Part shown: positions 46,994-60,410 of the stretch, in pieces
Numbering within the stretch: the stretch's first letter is position 1
Layout: each line of letters opens with the position of its first letter
Assembly (NCBI GenBank): GCA_026026165.1
Contig: JAPEUD010000013.1
Coordinates: forward strand, 434,001-498,000
Length of the DNA stretch: 64,000 nucleotides
DNA from: Sarea resinae
Lineage: Eukaryota
Reading direction: 5' to 3'
Program-made: the position numbers and the translations under genes
Notes under the pieces: generated by a model
Databases searched by the model: none
What the model was told of the DNA's origin: nothing
The model's input: the letters and a program-made list of their open reading frames with translations, nothing else

Positions 46994-49900
46994 TCATACA
47001 ACATCTAAACAAAACAGGAAGCCTCCTAAGGCGACATTGATACACAGATGTTGGGCGAGGCTCCATGCCATACTATACAGGTATTTTGGAGAGAATACGG
47101 TCCAGATGAACAGATGCGTCCTCAGGACCGTACAAGCTGCCATGACGAATAGAAGACTCATCGTGACGAAAAGGGAAAGCAATGTTACATGCCGGAGCAG
47201 TACGTTGTGTGCCCCCGACTCATATTTATCAACCAAGAGCAGAGTGCTCCCCGATGTCCACCATATTGGGCCAGCCCAGTTGCTTACGAAGGTAAGCACG
47301 CCAACCGCGACGACATTATAGCCACTGACTCCATTGTAGGCATTCGACAGATCCACAGAAGAGATCGAATTCGAGCCGCCAAGGGCGAAAAATGAAAGGT
47401 ACTGGAACAGCAGCGTAGTTATTGTGATCTTCGTCTCGGAAAGGTCAAGCGAGCCGAGGAGGTGTAGTTGGAACTCAAATAGAAGGAATAGCGGGATGTT
47501 GGCAACTCGCGACTGCGTTACAAGGAAGAGCGAAAGGAGGTCATGCAGTATCCATCTTGTGCCTGATTTCTCGTGTCAAGATTATTGAAGAAATGAGCTC
47601 TTTGGAAACAACACTGACCGTTGGCGAAGCAATTGACCTTGTTCGATCGCCGCCGAAGCTCGCAGAAGGCAGTCCACGCAACGAACAAACCTATAGCAAG
47701 AAAGACCGTTCTTGCCTGTGTCACAAGCGGTATCTGCTCGAAAGTTGGTGGTATCTTATGTCTGATCCCTGTAAGTAGTTCTGGAGCTTCCACACCCGTG
47801 AAGACCATCTTGAACACGAAAGCGGAAAGGCAGACTGAGATTGAAAGAATAGTTCGAGCCTCCATTGCAGTCCCATAGAGCGGCCGGCGCGATATCCTCT
47901 GCATGATGTCGAAGTATGTAGCAATCACAGCGAGCCACATCACGAGGTTGTGCTTTACAAAGAATGTCATACTTATATCTGGCTCACCAGAAAACTTCTG
48001 ACCGGTTTGATTCCAACGACGAATCAGCCTGAGAGCCACGATGATCCCTGTAGCGGAGAGGCCCAGTCGCCGACTGTCTTTTGCGGAAGATCGAGATCTT
48101 TCTGATATGTCAGTACAACGCGGGATCAACTCTGCACTGAGTGAGATGAAGAGAGGGAGTAATTACTCTCGGAAGAAAAGATATGCCACCCATCCAGAAG
48201 CCGCCCAGTACCAGAAATGCTGTTCTTCCTCGACGTAGCTGCTAGCAAACATCAATGCCCCATAGCTGAACAGTAGCGCGGCGAATATTAGGCCATCCTC
48301 CTTGACCCTGACCAAATTCCGGATTGATATCGAGAAGGCGCACGTAACGGCCAGGGCAGTCACGAGGATACCCTCTTGAAGCTTAATAAGGTCGTAGTTG
48401 CTCGCGGTGCTGCTCATGATTTCTTGAGCACGTTTGCAAAACTGCCTTCGTCAGAGAAGGACACATCGACTAGATTTATTGTTGACTCTGAAATCTTACC
48501 GCTAAAATGAGTGATAAGAGGTCCTGGTCAGCCTCGTTTACTTCCTGCAACAATATATTCAATTCCCTCCACCTGCAAGCAAGATCCGCGACATTTGAAG
48601 AAGGCTCGCTGCAGTCAGCTGAGGCTACTAACTCATCAAAAAGATCACTGGAGAAGGTCGCCTTGACAATTTGCAGAATCTGTAAAGCGTTGTCCATTAC
48701 CAGCCGGACCTTATCGTCATCTACAATCTGTCAGCTGTATCCATCCGAACTGGTAAAAACAAAACGTTACCTTCCCAGAATCCAAGAAGCTCTGGTATGA
48801 AGACGCCGAGATTGTTTCGTGGGACAGGAAAACCAAGCAATCCAGCAAGTGACGGAGCGATGTCAGACTGCTCTACAGTGCGGTAATATTGAAAGTCATT
48901 TTTGGCCTTAACTGGACACTCGACCCCTGAGTATATATCCTTGAATTTAGGTGAAATGAACACTAGAGCGGGAGACGTTTCTCCATCACTCGAACCCCCA
49001 TGATTACCTGCATCATTCATGCCATGATCTCCACAGAGCACAAGAAGAGTCGACTTGAGGGCGCTTTCCTGCTTGAGAGCTTGATAAATTTGTTCCACAA
49101 CGCGGTCCATTTCTATCTGCTTCGGAATCATATTGGGACTAAGTATTGTTAGTATCGCTTTATCGGGTTTCAGATCTGTAGTCAATACCTTCGAGGTCCA
49201 CTTTTGTGGCCTATATGATCAAGGCCAAGATAATGCATGATCATGGTATTCCAGTCCGCCTTTCGCAACTCATCGGGTACATGTCTTGTGACGTTATTAT
49301 CAACTTCTGTGAAGTCCTAAATCATCCACATTAGTCCAACTATTAAGTATGCCCGAGTTGGTACTGACGGAGACAAAAAAGCTCGAGGTCCCATCTGCTC
49401 GGCTGAAAGTATCCGGGAACAGTTTCAACCAAGTATCATCCCCATACATGATCAGTGCCCCCTCCCATCTTGATTTCATTTGTGCCAACCATGTATCTTG
49501 GTGGGCTAGCGTAGATGTAGTGTCCGATTCCGCGAAATTCAATATCACGTCGAGAAAAGAAGGTACAGATCCGGTGGTCATTGCTTTTATTCGGGGCATA
49601 GTGATAGTAGGAGAGGTAGCATGCGCTGTGAAAGGCACCGCCGTGCCCCCGGAAATGAGGCTATCAGAAGATGTCAGTGACTCACGAGAACCTCTTGCAC
49701 GAAACATGCGAACCTGTGCGTAAAGTTGAACCCAGATGCGTGCGAATAGACGAAATCACTAGTGTAGTCATTCAGTATCGATTGCATCCCACTGGAGCGT
49801 TGGTTTTATACCTTCTAAGTGCATCTACAACCATGAAGATGATTTTGTCAAATTGAGCAGCTGGGGGCGAGCCATGACCGGAATCGACATACTCGGCCAG

Positions 49901-50014
49901 CCCTGGTAAGAATGGCTTGTATGGGAAGAATCCGGCGGCGAAGACGAGCAGGGCGACTGGAATCAACACGTTTGTGAGAGACAGCAGAACTAAATTCAGG
50001 GTGCTGGCTTTCAT
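46994..50014 (-). CDS. GPI7: GPI ethanolamine phosphate transferase 2 (PIG-G), spliced
   Basis: FAAGFFPYK..MVVDALR, PTITMPRIKAMTTGSVPSFLD, HYLGLDHIGH, CGDHGMNDAGNHGGSS, FASSYVEEEQHFWY and LRTHLFIWTVFSPKYLY motifs. Confidence 0.94.
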
Positions 50015-50976
50015 TATGCCAGAGGACTTGGCTTCTTTCTAGTGAAACCGTTTCAGCAAAGACAGGACATAGCATCAAGCCATTGACTCAAGCAGGATGC
50101 ATGATCATTCTAGATGCTTGCGATTGAGCACCCTTGAAGTGACAGATTCATCTGACAAGGTACTAGGTAGGGAAGTACAGCGTAAAGTTGCGGTTACTGC
50201 AGTACCTACCTTAGGTAGACTGACATGGGAAGCGCTAAGATAATCAGCCTGGGAGATAATCGGCCTACCAGTCTGTTACAGAGGTACCTTAGGTAGGGTA
50301 TCAGGTACTTACAGTGTTGTGGTATATCCAGTTTGACCTTAGGTACTCGTAGGTATCGCTGGATTATCGTACTGCGCAGTGCTTAATGGAGGGCCTCGGT
50401 CGCAACCCAAGCGATAGCTTGGGTATCCTGACGAGTAGATCGATACCTTAGTATTGGGTCTCTAAGCGAAAGTTTTCTTTTGGAATCTCTCAGCAAGCAG
50501 CATTATTACCCAGGCCAGGAGATAGACGCAGAACATCTCGGCGCTTTACATCCAAGGTCAGGGTTGGAATTTTGAATTACTTTCCCAGGGAACTCCGAAC
50601 TGTCGGACACTTGAAATCATAACTTGTTCATTCGTCCATTTCAAGAATCGTATCTAAGCATATCTTGTAGCGTCTCGCAACGATTAACTCCCGATATGGG
50701 AACATCGAAACCATGAATCGTTCAGGACTCCGAAGAATCGCTATGCAGTACTGTTTTGAGTCACCCAATGTTGGAAGGTGGCTAATTTTCAAGTGCCTCA
50801 TCATAAACATTTTGCATCCCTAAAGAGTACCAGACTATCCTCAACCAGTCTTCGCACCCAGTCTTCCTAGTCCGACAAGTGATGACCCATTGCGCCGAAA
50901 GAAAAAAAAGAAGCGATTTGCCAAACTACCAGCCACTTGAATCCCTAATTGAAATCATGATGACAGCGCTTTCCTT

Positions 50977-51524
50977 TTAGTGCTTCTTAGAAAACTTTGA
51001 CTTCGTCCCAGATTTGCGTTTGGGAAATGTGATGGAATTTCTGGGTTTCGTATTTCGCTTTTTTTGCACTCGACCAGAACGTCTCGTCTTTTGCGATTTG
51101 TGGGAGGCGGCCATCGCTGATGATTCATCTATGTCCATAGCTTCTAATGTTATATCGAATCAGTATCAGACAGGGAGAATCAACAGGAGTCCAAGACCCG
51201 AAACATTCAAGGGATTGAATAAACAGTGAGTGGGCCGACCTTCTGCTTGTTGGTTGCTTTGCGCAATCGTGCCATCTTGGGTGTCCGCACCTATTGATAG
51301 CTTCCGATCAGTTTTATGAGAAGCACTGGAGACCGAGGCTGTCCCGTACCTCTCTCAGTATCCACTTTCAAGTCTTTTGCCTTCGACGAGCGGGGTACGG
51401 ATGCGAGCTCCAGCAGCTTTGTTGACAGCCGTTCTGTTCTCGCATCCTCGATAGGCCCGAAGACCTTGGATCTCAATTTGGATCTGCTGGATTTTTTGGT
51501 GCTCGCTCGTAGACCTTTGGCCAT
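50977..51524 (-). CDS. Small basic protein, DUF2423 (YBL028C-like), spliced
   Basis: MAKGLRASTKKSSRSKLRSKVFGPIEDARTERLSTKL N-terminus and a Lys/Arg-rich C-terminal exon ..NSITFPKRK..KKH*. Confidence 0.78.
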
Positions 51525-52153
51525 GATTGCGTAGAATACGTAAAATATGGATTCTGGTCGTGATTGGGGAAGTTGTGAGCACGGATATCTCAGGTAAGTT
51601 CTATTGGAGAGGAAGGGCTGTCGTCGGAGTTCTGAGGAAATCTCTAATCTCTACCTCCATCAACACTTACATTCGTACTTCGTACTTCGTAGCTTACGCT
51701 TGTAAGTATACCCGTACTGCGCAGTACTCGCATGTTGTTCTGCCATCAACACCGACCTTAGATTTTCACGACTATCCGGACTATCGCGTAAGTGTCTTGT
51801 ATTCCGTACCTTCTGTCGTACCTGAGGCGAAAGATGCGATAGGCATTTTGATAGTGACAGCATTGACAGATCGACAGATCGCACCGCACCCGAAGGTGCC
51901 TCGTGCATTTTCCTTGGGCGTCTTGTTAGGTCGCCTTCACCAGGAATCTTTTCACCAGCTAGACTCTGTACGGAACCGTCTCTTCTCCCGAGAACAAAGC
52001 TTGTTTCCCCCCTCTTCAGTTTGGACTCACAGTCGACCACCTAGCGAAACCACCAATGCCTTCATGACCACGCAGGACATCCATTGTGTGGCGCTGCTGA
52101 GTTCTTGACAAGCCTTATGCGTGCGAGGCTCCTCACACAAAAACACTACCATC

Positions 52154-54162
52154 ATGGCAGCTACATTAGATCCTCAGGTCATAGCTTCCAAAATCAAGAC
52201 TCTCCTCAATAATCAGCTCAAGGCCGTCCTGAAAGCAGAGAACCTTCCTCACTCTGGTGTTAAATCTGCCATGCAGGGCCGGCTGATAACACGTAAGTGC
52301 TGCGCAATGTTCAACGTTGTCATTCTTGATCAGCCTGAGTCTAGCTCTGCTTTTTTTTAACTGCAGCTAAGGCTCACTCTTCGTTTAAAACAGAAATCCA
52401 AGATTATGCGCGGAGAGGGAATGTGCCAGCGTTCAACCGACTGAAAGCCTTAGTCTACAGTCCGGATACAGCACAGACGCCTGGTATCTCTCGATTTGGG
52501 CAAAGCAGTTCTACCCCACCTTCGCCTTCTGGCTACTCGATGCAGAATGGATCTATCAGAGGAGCTGCTCCAGGTTTGCCACGGAACTCCTATGTGTCCG
52601 GTATATAGAACCCTAGCTAATTTGACCGATTTGTGCTAAAGCTACTCCAGGCCGCCTAGTATTCAAGGACAGTCCATTCTATACTATACTTGAACCTTTG
52701 ATCGGAATTACCGAATGCCCTGGTAAGCCTAGCCTATCAAGGCCGTAAGAGACGTTGAAAGAAGAAATCAGGCCAGGCTAATTCAATTACCAAGCTGTAG
52801 CTATGCCAAGTAATAGGCATACTATCACCACAAAAGTGGTATTATCAGCTGCTGTCACGGAGAAATTGAAGGCCAATACTTCTCAGAGAGTGATGGTATA
52901 TTGCGCAGCGGACTCTGGACTCTCGCCGTATTCGAAGCTGGACATTGCCTTTCCCCATCAAGTGGAGATCAAAATCAACCAAGATGAAGTGAAGGCCAAC
53001 CTCCGGGGTCTTAAAAATAAGCCCGGATCGACGAGGCCTGCAGATATAACAGACCTTATTCGAAAGACTCCAGGCTACGAAAATTCTCTAGTGATGACTT
53101 ATGCATTGACAACCAAGGTAAGAAGGCTTCGAGCTTCGAACACGATCCTGTGGAAACGTCCTTTAGCAAGAGTGCCTCTTTTTTCTTCCATACCGGTTCT
53201 TCTCGGAAGCCTTTTGACGAGACTAACTGGCATGGCAGAGATTCTCATTGATCGTGAACCTTGTTCAGAAGCATGGGGTTGACGAATTGGTCAAGAAGCT
53301 TAGGTCTGGAAACGTTATTTCAAAGGAGAAGGTCATCGACGAGAGTATGTTGTAGGCGAAGAGCTACGTTCCGGAAGACTAACCCAGATTAGTGACAACC
53401 AAGGCCCAAGATCCCGATATTGTCACCACCTCTACAGTCATGTCTTTGAAGTGCCCCCTCTCGACGTTACGGATAGCCCTACCATGCAGGTCAACCGTTT
53501 GTACACACAACCAATGCTTCGATGCGACTTCGTTCCTCCAGCTACAGGAACAGGCCCCAACTTGGACGTGTCCTATTTGCAATAAGATCATCGTTTTCGA
53601 AGCTCTTGCTGTAGACCAGTAGGCTTACACCTACTCATCGTGTGGAAAAAATATCCTAACTACTCGCAGATACGTACAGGACATACTCAATAATACCTCG
53701 AGGTCCGTGGAACAGGTTATGATAGAGCCTAATGGTACATGGTCGGAGAATGCCAAGCCAGAGTCCTCCCCAATCCAGCATAGGACGAACTTTGTGAATG
53801 ACGGAGATGATGACGAGCTTGTGGAAATACACGACTATAGAGTAACTTCATTGAAGAACGAGGTCACTCCGACTCCAGCTTTGTCTCGGACGCCACCATC
53901 TTCGTCTCGATCTCCATCTACTGCTTCTGGGGCAGTGCGACCATCTAACAACAAAAGGCCTATCCAGCAAGTCATAGACCTAACTTTCAGTGATGATGAG
54001 GAAGAGGAGCCTGTTCGAGCCCCTAAACGAGTGGCCACGTACAACACTCCTCCTAGTGTTTCGGATGGCCGCTCAGGCTATCGGCCAACAAATGGCGTGA
54101 ACTTACCACTGCCAAAGCAGGCATCATTTCGTACACCCGATTTTGGCCAGCCCAATCGTTGA
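52154..54162 (+). CDS. SIZ1: Siz/PIAS SUMO E3 ligase (SAP, PINIT, SP-RING), spliced
   Basis: LKAVLKAENLPHSGVKS (SAP), IAFPHQVEIKIN..GLKNKPGSTRPADIT (PINIT), MSLKCPLSTLRIALPCRSTVCTHNQCFD..WTCPIC (SP-RING), and the SIM VIDLTFSDDEEE. Confidence 0.93.
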
Positions 54163-54945
54163 AGTGGATCTCGGCCATGAGTCTCCGGTTTCCTCCGGAT
54201 CCGGACTGCTCTATACTTCGAAATGGCGCTTCTATCAAGTAGATTCTCACTTTCGGCGTATGGCTTGTGGGGGAAAATCTTTGGCTTATTCTTTCGGAGG
54301 TCTTTAACATGGGGTGGTTTACTTCCATTTGCTTTACTATGGTGGCGTATTGGCACATGAATGGCTTGATATGGGGACAGCAAGGAAAGTTAGGAAGTTC
54401 GGCTTACGAACCCGGAGTTTTCTGGGGCCAATTCTAGGACTGCAGCAGCATCACCCTTGACCTGTTCTGGTATTTCGCCTGGATGTATCGTCGGTGGACG
54501 ATAAATTGTACAATAAGATATTCCAGATCGACCTCGTGACGATCTGTCTTATGATTGTGTCGTCTACTTAGAATGCAGCATCACTGAATCTGCCAAGATT
54601 CATACCAGTATATGCTGCGTCGTGATCGCATCAAGTTATTATCGCATTTGCCTCCGCCCTCGGCCGTGGTTCTGTCCGATGTAGGTGGTACGATGTGCGA
54701 TGGGAAGTATACTGCGGTAGTGCAAGCGGAGATACCTCGTACCTCGTACTTGTGCTACCCTTTTCGAACACCGAGAGTGTCTACTCCGGAGTACAGTAAA
54801 TGTCGTAGATTAGCAAAGGAAATCAACAACAAGGTGCTCATACGACCACAGCTTCCTCCAACCCGCCATCAAGGTCTGCTGATCAAGGTCTGAGGCCTGC
54901 TCTCCCAAAGTCAACTCGAAAAGCCAACACCAACAGCCGCCTCCA

Positions 54946-55981
54946 ATGTCCTTTGATCCTCCCATTTCGCCCTACAATGCCTCAGACCCGCATGCCACCT
55001 TCCTCAGCTCGTCGTGCCTTGATCTTCTGCTCATCGAGCTAGTTCCACTATCCTTTCGCCTCGCGGCTGAGCTGTCGGCCTCGGCTGCCGGTCCAGCAGA
55101 TAGCAAAAAGGTTGCATCTGCCGCTGCTGCTGCGGATGAAGAGGAGCAAAGAGAGGCCGCATTCTTTAGGCTCGAGATGCTGGGTTATCGGGTTGGGCAG
55201 GGACTGGTCGAGAGGTAGGACTTTCTTTTCTTCTTTCTTTCCATGATTCAATCGGTTCCGGATACATAGTCCGGTGTTCGAGGGCCAAAGGGCGATGCGG
55301 GCGTGGATGATAGACAGAGGGAGGGGCGGACGATGGATAAGCAGAGATGCGTCCAGGAGAATAAGAGATATTGAAAAGAGACTCTCAAGGGAGAGGCCAA
55401 TATTTGCATTTGCTAATCGGGATACTGCTACGGAACCAGATTCTCTCGCGATCGACCCCGTTTCACAGACACTTTGGATGCGATCAAGTTCCTGTGCAAG
55501 GACCTCTGGACGCTCGTCTTCCGAAAACAGATTGATAATTTAAAGACAAATCACCGGGTATGGACATACTCCTCCAGCCATCTAATCTGTGGGCACTGGT
55601 CGTTCGCTTTTTTTTTGCTGGAATTGCCCTTGTATCTTCCGTTCGGACTGGGAGTTCGCGCTGACTCTAATTGCGGATACGATAATTTAGGGAATATACG
55701 TCCTCACAGACAGCAGCTTTCGGCCCTTCTCTCGCATGAGTATGGAGGCGGGGTCTCCTGTGATCAACCGCGCACAGCCGGTACGTTTTCCCTGTTGACC
55801 TCTATCCCCTGCTTTAGGCACATTGAAGCGTGGCTGACTACGACTGAAGTTTCTCTGGTTTCCATGTGGTATCATACGGGGAGCTCTGGCAAATATGGGC
55901 ATCGATGCGACTGTCCAAGCGGAGACGACTGAATTGCCTGGTGCTACTTTTCAGATCAAGACGGTCAATGCGAAGACATGA
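54946..55981 (+). CDS. TRS33: TRAPP complex subunit Trs33 (spliced)
   Basis: RLEMLGYRVGQGLVER/FSRDRPRF..DAIKFLCKDLWTLVFRKQIDNLKTNHR/GIYVLTD../FLWFPCGIIRGAL. Confidence 0.94.
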
Positions 55982-56352
55982 GATTGGTGCTTGAAATTGG
56001 TGTCATTTATGATTTAGCGGCATTGGGCGGCGTTTTCAGGCATTTTCACTTTGCATCATGTCCTTTGGGACAATGAGGAATTATGAAGTGAACATTATCA
56101 GTGCTTAAATCCTCGTTGATGCTTCATTGAAATATTTGATGCGTCGCTCATATCCTTTGATCTTCTTGACGGCTGATCTAGGATTATTCGTCTAGGATCT
56201 CATTACAACCTATCTGACCACGCCAGCAGTCAGCCTAAAACGAGCTTTCAGAGTCGTAGTGTCACCCGCACAATTTGCACGCAGTGACGCACTGAGAGCG
56301 CACACTACTTGAGACTTGCCGATAGGTAGTAGTATAAAGAAAGTGGGGTGGA

Positions 56353-57743
56353 TCACTTCGGTGGGGGGTTCTTGACGAAATCAATCCCTTTCTCGATATT
56401 GCCCTTCAATCCCTTTGCGCTCGCTTCAAGTAACTTCTTTTCGTACTCATTGGCGTGTGGGAGAGGGTTGAGTGCTTTTTCGGCCCCAGAAGGCTAAAAA
56501 AATTATGGTTAGTAAACATTGGGCTGGAGAATGTTTGAAGGGGGGGCATACTCCGAGCTCGATAGGCACAGAGAAGAAATCGACACCGGTTTCTTTAGCG
56601 ATAGCGTCACCACCTTTAACACCAGGAAGATAGACATAAGTTGGCTCAATGATGCCATTTTCACCCTTAAAGGCCTGTATGACCTTCTCCGCGAAACTGA
56701 ACCCGTTGATCAGTCATCATAACTCTTGAGAGAATCCAAAACGAGAATTTTACCGGAACCCAGCATAGGCCATTGACAGGGTCGCAGACCCTGCACCATC
56801 CTTGGCCTTGACAACCTCATCACCACCAAATTGAACACCTAAGATTTGATTAGTTGATCAACTCTTTGATTTCGTTGGAACCGAAAACTCACGGTTGACT
56901 AGAGCGTCCAATTTGTCCGCTGGGATATTGATACTCGGCTTGGCCTGGCTGAAGAGGGGAACAATTGTCTCTCCGGAATGGCCACCAACAACTGGTATGA
57001 CCGTCTTTGCGGGATCCTTCTCGCCGGTGATGCTCTGCACAAAGGTTTCGGCACGAACGACATCTAGTGTCGTTACACCAAAGAGGCGCTTGGGGTCGAA
57101 TACATCCGCAGCCTTCAGTACTTCGGCGGCAATGGGGACCGTAGAGTTGACGGGATTCGAAATAATGAGGACAAAAGCTTTAGGGCTGAATTCTGCGATT
57201 CCCTTTACGAGGTCTCGTACAATGCTGGCATTGATCTTGAACAAATCGTCCCGCGTCATGCCGGGCTTTCCTACAGAAATGTTAGCTCTCAAATCCTCTC
57301 AGATTTGGGATATGTGAGGAATCTACTGGGAATTCCGGCCGGGATGAGGACAACGTCAGCCCCCGTCAATGCATGCCTGAGGCCGTCATTGGCTGGCAGA
57401 TATCCAGAAATTTTCTACTCTTTCGTCAGCTTCAGTCACCCAATTCCCAGTGATGACAAGACATATTTACCGCTATTGACGAAATATGAGAAAGATCTGC
57501 AGTGACACCCGGTGTATTGACGACATCATAGAGAGCCAGATCGTCGACAAGAGGGCTAGCCTTCAAGAGAAGTGAAAGTGGCTAGCAGACTCATTATCAC
57601 CTCATCGTCCAAGTGAGAAATTGGCCATGGACTTACCTGTCCGATTCCGCCGGAGGCACCGAGAACAACTAAGCAGCAATCAATAACACATTCAAAAGAA
57701 TTTATTAAGTGGATGGGTGCTTCTGAATACCTGCTTTGACCAT
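56353..57743 (-). CDS. mdh: NAD-dependent malate dehydrogenase, no mitochondrial presequence (cytosolic/peroxisomal type), spliced
   Basis: [59 protein letters not shown] and [13 protein letters not shown] motifs. Ends ..NPPPK*. Confidence 0.96.
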
Positions 57744-59196
57744 TGTTGCTGTAATGAGAATATAAGTATCGAACGATGTGGTTCGAAGCTCTGGAAAACA
57801 TTGATTTTAGCATGCTAGAAAGCTACATCAATTGCGCAAGGACACAGACCTTTGAAGGGGGAGGGAATAGATTTATGTTTCTCCTGTGGGCTGGTGAAAA
57901 GGAAGAAAGTTTTATGCCTGTATGGGTTGGCTTTGAGGTCGAGAGGACAGATTTTAAATGCTGTAGGGAAGGGGAATCGAGGAGACGATTTGATAATGGA
58001 CGATGGCGGGGTATGTGTTCACACCGCAGTCAAGTAGGCAAAACACCCCCAGCTTAGCTGTCGGGTCTACCGTAAGCGAAGACGTAGAGATGGTAGAATG
58101 ATACCCACCTGGCAGATTGGCAAGACAAATTACATGATGGCACTTCGAGGTTGAGTACTGCTACCTCCGGGTAGCTAGGTCTGCAGCGTCAAGCATGAGG
58201 ATCTACGTAGTGGACAGTACATATGGCGACATGAGAAGATGGGGAATTTTGGTGGGGAAATGACGGAGGAGAGTGCTCGCCCGATCAAGGTTGACGTGCG
58301 GAGGAGAGCCCGGAGAAAATGCTACCCGATAATTACCTACCTCCGGCTTCAGCTTATCGACGCTGGAGCAGCACCTTGCCGTACGACGTACGTTCGAAGT
58401 ACATGTACCTGACCGGTGATCCTTTTAGCAAGGTCCCTCGGTCCAAGCCCATCCATCGCATGGATCCGTTCTTGTTGCCTCGCCCTGCTCCTCTCGGGAC
58501 TCTTCGGCGTCAATATCCAGAGTCGCGGGGATAAATCGGAACTGAAGTGGCGCTCTAATGTCAGTACGATGTTCTAAAGAGGGTCACTATTGGAGAGACC
58601 ACGGCAACTCCTCCAGCTTCCAGTCCATGGGCAGAGTATGTGACGTTCGATTGGCCTCCGATCGGCAGTGTTCATCTGCCTTAACCTTGGGCGATACGTT
58701 CCTCTGGTGGACTCCGGGTTCGCCATACAACGCTTACTCTGGAGTAGACTCGTTGCGTGGCGAATTACGGCCGGAAAAACCTCGAGGGCCGAGGCAATGT
58801 CGCCGTTGCTCTCTACCTCAGGACTACTACGTAGTACATACTCACAGTGGTCTATCAAATCAAAGATCCGGGACTGCCCGTCAGTCTTCGAGCCGGCGAC
58901 CTACTCCGAGTGGAGCAGCTTGGTGCTTCACATAGCTGGACAAGGATATTCACACAGCGCACATACGATATCCAGGCCGGTAACAAGAGGGCACTGGAGA
59001 AGCGTTCCTTTCCTCAAGATCTCGATACGTGTTGCTAGCACCGTGTCACAAAGATTGTTGCTGAAAACATGCCATCATGGATACCTCTGTAGGTCCCGGT
59101 GGTGACACAGCTAGGCCGTCAAACAGTGGATTCTCGCCATCTTGACCTAGATGCCCCTCCCTGCCCTTCCATCTAACAGGCACAGCTCCCAAACCC

Positions 59197-59936
59197 TTAG
59201 GCAGAATCCTTCTCCGCAGCTTTCTTCGCCTTTACACCACGAAGTTTCTTCTCTGGGGTCTCCTTCTTCGGTCGCTGGGATTGGCGAAGAGCGCTGGCAC
59301 GGGCCACGGCTTCTGCGCGAAGGTCCGATCTGTAGCCATTCTTCGCTGTCGTGTTGGCCACAATTTTATAAAGCCTAGAGTCAAACACTTTGAGCCTCTG
59401 GAATAATCAGGGGAGCACGAGCCGTAGACTTACTTCCGGCTAGGAGTGCTGGCGCTGAAGGTCGTCTCGTTGAAGCCGGATGCAGGCTTGTTGACGTTCT
59501 TGGTTCTCTTCGTGATCACGGTGACGCCATTCTTCTCAGAAGACTGAACACCAACAGCCTATAAAAGCCATACCCGTTAGACTCGTCGAATTAGGTCCCG
59601 AAGGGATACCATCATGACTGAAAGGGTGAGGGTGCAGCGAGCGTTTTGCGGCGTACCTTATCGTTCACGAAGCCGCTGTACTGTACCAATTGTTAGTCCC
59701 TCATCGCCCTTCAAGAAGCTCAATGCGCCGAACCTTTCTAGAGTGCTTGTTCACCAAATTCAGGGGATCCCGGGAGAATTGAGCACCACCACCAGTTCTC
59801 CGCTTCACCAGATAGGTGTTGTAGGGGCCTGATATTGATTTTCAATCGGTCAATTTCTCCCCTATCATCACAACTTCTGGGGGAGATGATTCTCACGGGT
59901 AAGTTCCCAGATCAGGTCGGAAGGAGCGTCAGCCAT
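59197..59936 (-). CDS. RPL28: 60S ribosomal protein eL28 (spliced)
   Basis: MADAPSDLIWELT/..NTYLVKR..QFSRDPLNLVNKHSRK/YSGFVNDK/AVGVQ../..YRSDLRAEAVARASA. Confidence 0.94.
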
Positions 59937-60410
59937 TTTTTGCGATATTCGTCAATCTTTGAATCCGTAACAGATCAACTCGAAGATGCAGACAAACCAG
60001 TCGAAGTCGAATTCGTGACTTCGCTCAATCCATTGTGCGTCCTGCGAAACCCTCGGCATAAGCCGCTCGCTTAATGCGGCTGAACGCAAGAGAGCAAGAA
60101 CGTTGATTTATTAGTCATCGTATGCCTGGAGAGCTGGTCCCGATCTGTCTGGATCTTACGTTGGGGTATGCGTATTCGCTCATTTATCGTGTATGCGCCT
60201 AAACAACAGTTCCACTTCGTAGCTTCATCGCAACAGCTGCTCCTACAGGAGTCATTTTGACTGAGGATTCTCTATCTCGTCCTCTTCCTCCCTCTCTTCC
60301 AGGCCTCTTGGAGCTGTTCTGCTTTGACCATCAAAACCTCAAGTCTCTAGACAGAAAGACATCCTTCTTTTGAGCGTCCGTACATTTTTCAGCTAGACCA
60401 CACCTTTGCC

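Noticed and set aside
56305..56355. Stop-codon read-through of MDH to expose a PTS1
   Set aside because: The context is TGA TCC rather than TGA CTA, and the extension ends ..ASLK, which is not a PTS1.
57669..57813. Upstream ATGs giving a presequence-like leader (MLKSMFSRASNHIVR..) in frame with MDH if intron 1 is retained
   Set aside because: Both ATGs lie inside a probable 5'-UTR intron (GTCTGT at 57849 to CAG at 57791), so two retentions or another TSS would be needed. Plausibly chance.
58300..59110. Overlapping 60-145 aa ORFs or an ncRNA between MDH and RPL28
   Set aside because: No recognisable protein or RNA motifs. Treated as promoter/terminator DNA.
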